Below are positions 62,693 through 64,000 of a stretch of 64,000 nucleotides of DNA, piece after piece. The stretch comes from an uncultured Gammaproteobacteria bacterium (GTDB lineage Bacteria > Patescibacteriota > Patescibacteriia > Patescibacteriales > Patescibacteriaceae): the NCBI GenBank assembly GCA_964628045.1, contig CAZVMF010000001.1:47049-111048 (forward strand), written 5' to 3'. The first letter of the stretch is position 1, and every line of letters begins with the position of its first letter. A program made the position numbers and the translations under genes. The notes under the pieces are model-generated. The model was not told where the DNA came from, did not search any database, and saw only the letters and a program-made list of their open reading frames with translations.

Positions 62693-63118
62693 ATAGTGAA
62701 GTATACAAGCAACTGCTAAGCCGATTATTGAACCGGCGAGCAGTTGTTTTGGTGTATGGCCGACTCGTTCTTTGAGTAACGGATAGGAATCGTCAATGTA
62801 TGAGTCATCACCCAAATCCTCAACTAATTCATTAATGACTTTGCCTTGTTTGCCGATGTATTGGCGTATGCCAACAGCATCTCGTAACGATAAAAGCGTG
62901 ACCAGCGCCGAAATTGCAAAAGCGGCCGAATCAATGCCTAGACGCAAACCAATAATCGTTGATAAAGATACTGTTACAGCAGCATGACTTGATGGCATGC
63001 CCGAATAAGCAACCAAATTCTTAAAGCTCCATGCAAGTTTATTTTTTGAAATGAAGAATTTGCTTATTTGAGCAATTGTTACGGCTGCACAGGGAACAAT
63101 GAGATAGATATATGACAT
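62672..63118 (-). CDS. Divergent PAP2 family (DUF212) membrane protein
   Basis: Start at MSYIYLIVP (ATG 63118). GMPSSHAAVTVSL...LRDAVGIRQYIGKQG is the DUF212 signature. The 3' end overlaps the convergent gene by 21 nt. Confidence 0.7.
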   Translation of the reverse strand: MSYIYLIVPCAAVTIAQISKFFISKNKLAWSFKNLVAYSGMPSSHAAVTVSLSTIIGLRLGIDSAAFAISALVTLLSLRDAVGIRQYIGKQGKVINELVEDLGDDSYIDDSYPLLKERVGHTPKQLLAGSIIGLAVACILHYLLLSFV

Positions 63119-63160
63119 ATGATATACTGACAGTATAAAGAGAAAGTATACAAAATACAA

Positions 63161-64000
63161 ATGCATATAGTCATACGCGCCGGGGGCGCCGGTACGCGTC
63201 TGTGGCCGGTCAGCCGCCGCAGCGCTCCGAAACAATTTCAATCGATTCTTGGCCCTGACTCAATGATCCAAAAGGCAGTTTCAAGAATGCGGCCACTAAA
63301 TTCTGATAATCAGCATCTTTGGGTTTCGGTTAACAAAAATTTAGTAGAGACTCTGCGTAAGGAGATTGTTATTCCGGAAGATCATTTTATTATTGAGCAT
63401 GAAACGCGTAACACCGGACCGGGCATTTGTCTTGAGGTTTGTTTTCTTGAAAAAAAAATTCCACTTGATTCGGTTGTCGCTTCATTGCCATCGGACGATT
63501 ATATTTCGAATGAATTGGCATTTATTGATTTATTAATGGCTTCAGAGCGTTTTATACTTGAGCATCCTGAATATGTCGTTGCGCCGGCAATTAAACCGGA
63601 TTATCCGGAAGTCGGCTATAGTTATCTTAAGGCCGGAGCGAGACTCGATGAAGGAGGCAAAGAAGCAATGTTTGCTGTTGTTGATTTGGTTGAAAAGCCA
63701 AATAGAGAATATTGCCAAGAACTTATAGAAAGTGGCGTTCATTATTGGCATACCGGAATGTATGTCTGGCAGTTAAAGCGAATCATTGAGATTTTTGAGA
63801 AATATCAACCAGCGATGATTGAAAGTTGTCGTAGAATTATTGCGACTCAAGACGAAGAGGCGGCCGCCTTATATTCAAGTTTAGAAAAGGTTTCCATTGA
63901 ATCGGCTATTACTCATCATGTCTCGACACTAGCAATGAGTGTTTCAAATCATCTGGGTTGGAGTGATGTCGGAAAGTGGTCGGCTGTTAAACGCTTGAGC
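63161..64000 (+). CDS. Mannose-1-phosphate guanylyltransferase-like nucleotidyltransferase (3' end outside window)
   Basis: My hand translation from ATG 63161 is open to the window end. MHIVIRAGGAGTRLWPVSRRSAPKQF is the sugar-1-P nucleotidyltransferase G-loop. This ORF is not in the supplied track because it has no stop. Confidence 0.7.
   Translation, partial: MHIVIRAGGAGTRLWPVSRRSAPKQFQSILGPDSMIQKAVSRMRPLNSDNQHLWVSVNKNLVETLRKEIVIPEDHFIIEHETRNTGPGICLEVCFLEKKIPLDSVVASLPSDDYISNELAFIDLLMASERFILEHPEYVVAPAIKPDYPEVGYSYLKAGARLDEGGKEAMFAVVDLVEKPNREYCQELIESGVHYWHTGMYVWQLKRIIEIFEKYQPAMIESCRRIIATQDEEAAALYSSLEKVSIESAITHHVSTLAMSVSNHLGWSDVGKWSAVKRLS

Noticed and set aside
1-64000. CRISPR arrays, rRNA genes, prophage or integrase genes, tmRNA/RNase P/SRP RNA.
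   Set aside because: Scanning by eye, I saw no regularly spaced direct repeats, no rRNA-like conserved blocks and no integrase or phage structural ORFs. The only stable RNA I could fold is tRNA-Gln. A computational scan (Infernal/tRNAscan/minced) is still advisable.

Overview
This is a dense, AT-rich bacterial chromosomal window, roughly 38-42% GC by eye. It holds about 70 protein genes on both strands and one tRNA (Gln-UUG). Promoters are sigma70-type TTGACA/TATAAT, and there are many hairpin plus T-run terminators. The genetic code is standard: TGA is a genuine stop at 8200-8202, 16175-16177 and 37913-37915. The gene content looks like a Patescibacteria/CPR-like genome, but taxonomy cannot be proven from the window. 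That impression rests on four paralogous type-IV-pilin-like proteins with lectin-type heads, a membrane-anchored cupredoxin/cytochrome b5/DoxX set, many signal-peptide proteins with thrombospondin-type-3 repeats, and few biosynthetic genes.

Main blocks:
- 0.2-3.2 kb: small detox/stress genes (two VOC, EEP, DUF1801, YdeI, VIT).
- 4.1-7.4 kb: PhoH2, plus an ABC-2 exporter whose ATPase carries one in-frame TGA.
- 11.5-17.3 kb: L28, HU, an NDH-2-like gene and four modular pilins.
- 19-20.3 kb: cupredoxin, cytochrome b5 and DoxX.
- 21.9-30.1 kb: an RHS/Tc-like polymorphic toxin locus. It holds a 1970-aa toxin, an immunity gene, a REP-flanked RAYT transposase, an orphan toxin remnant and two further immunity-like genes, one of them barstar-like.
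- 33.3-35.2 kb: glmS.
- 35.2-50.2 kb: a large NAD salvage / ADP-ribose island (details below).
- 50.3-64 kb: ECF sigma/anti-sigma pair, DEAD-box helicase, CspA, tRNA-Gln, a PLP Cys/Met enzyme, HtrA, a PfkB kinase, MutM, a Cys-rich secreted protein and a partial mannose-1-P guanylyltransferase.

The NAD island contains pnuC, nadR, nrtR, pncA, pncB, a nadE-nadD fusion, an ADP-ribosylglycohydrolase, degenerate Nudix proteins and a histidine phosphatase.

The most interesting candidate system is the operon that opens this island. It encodes a nicotinamidase-like hydrolase followed by a vWA, a PP2C phosphatase and a Ser/Thr kinase (a TerY-P-type triad). It sits behind the same TAGTGT-N7-ACACTA operator that precedes pnuC-nadR-nrtR.
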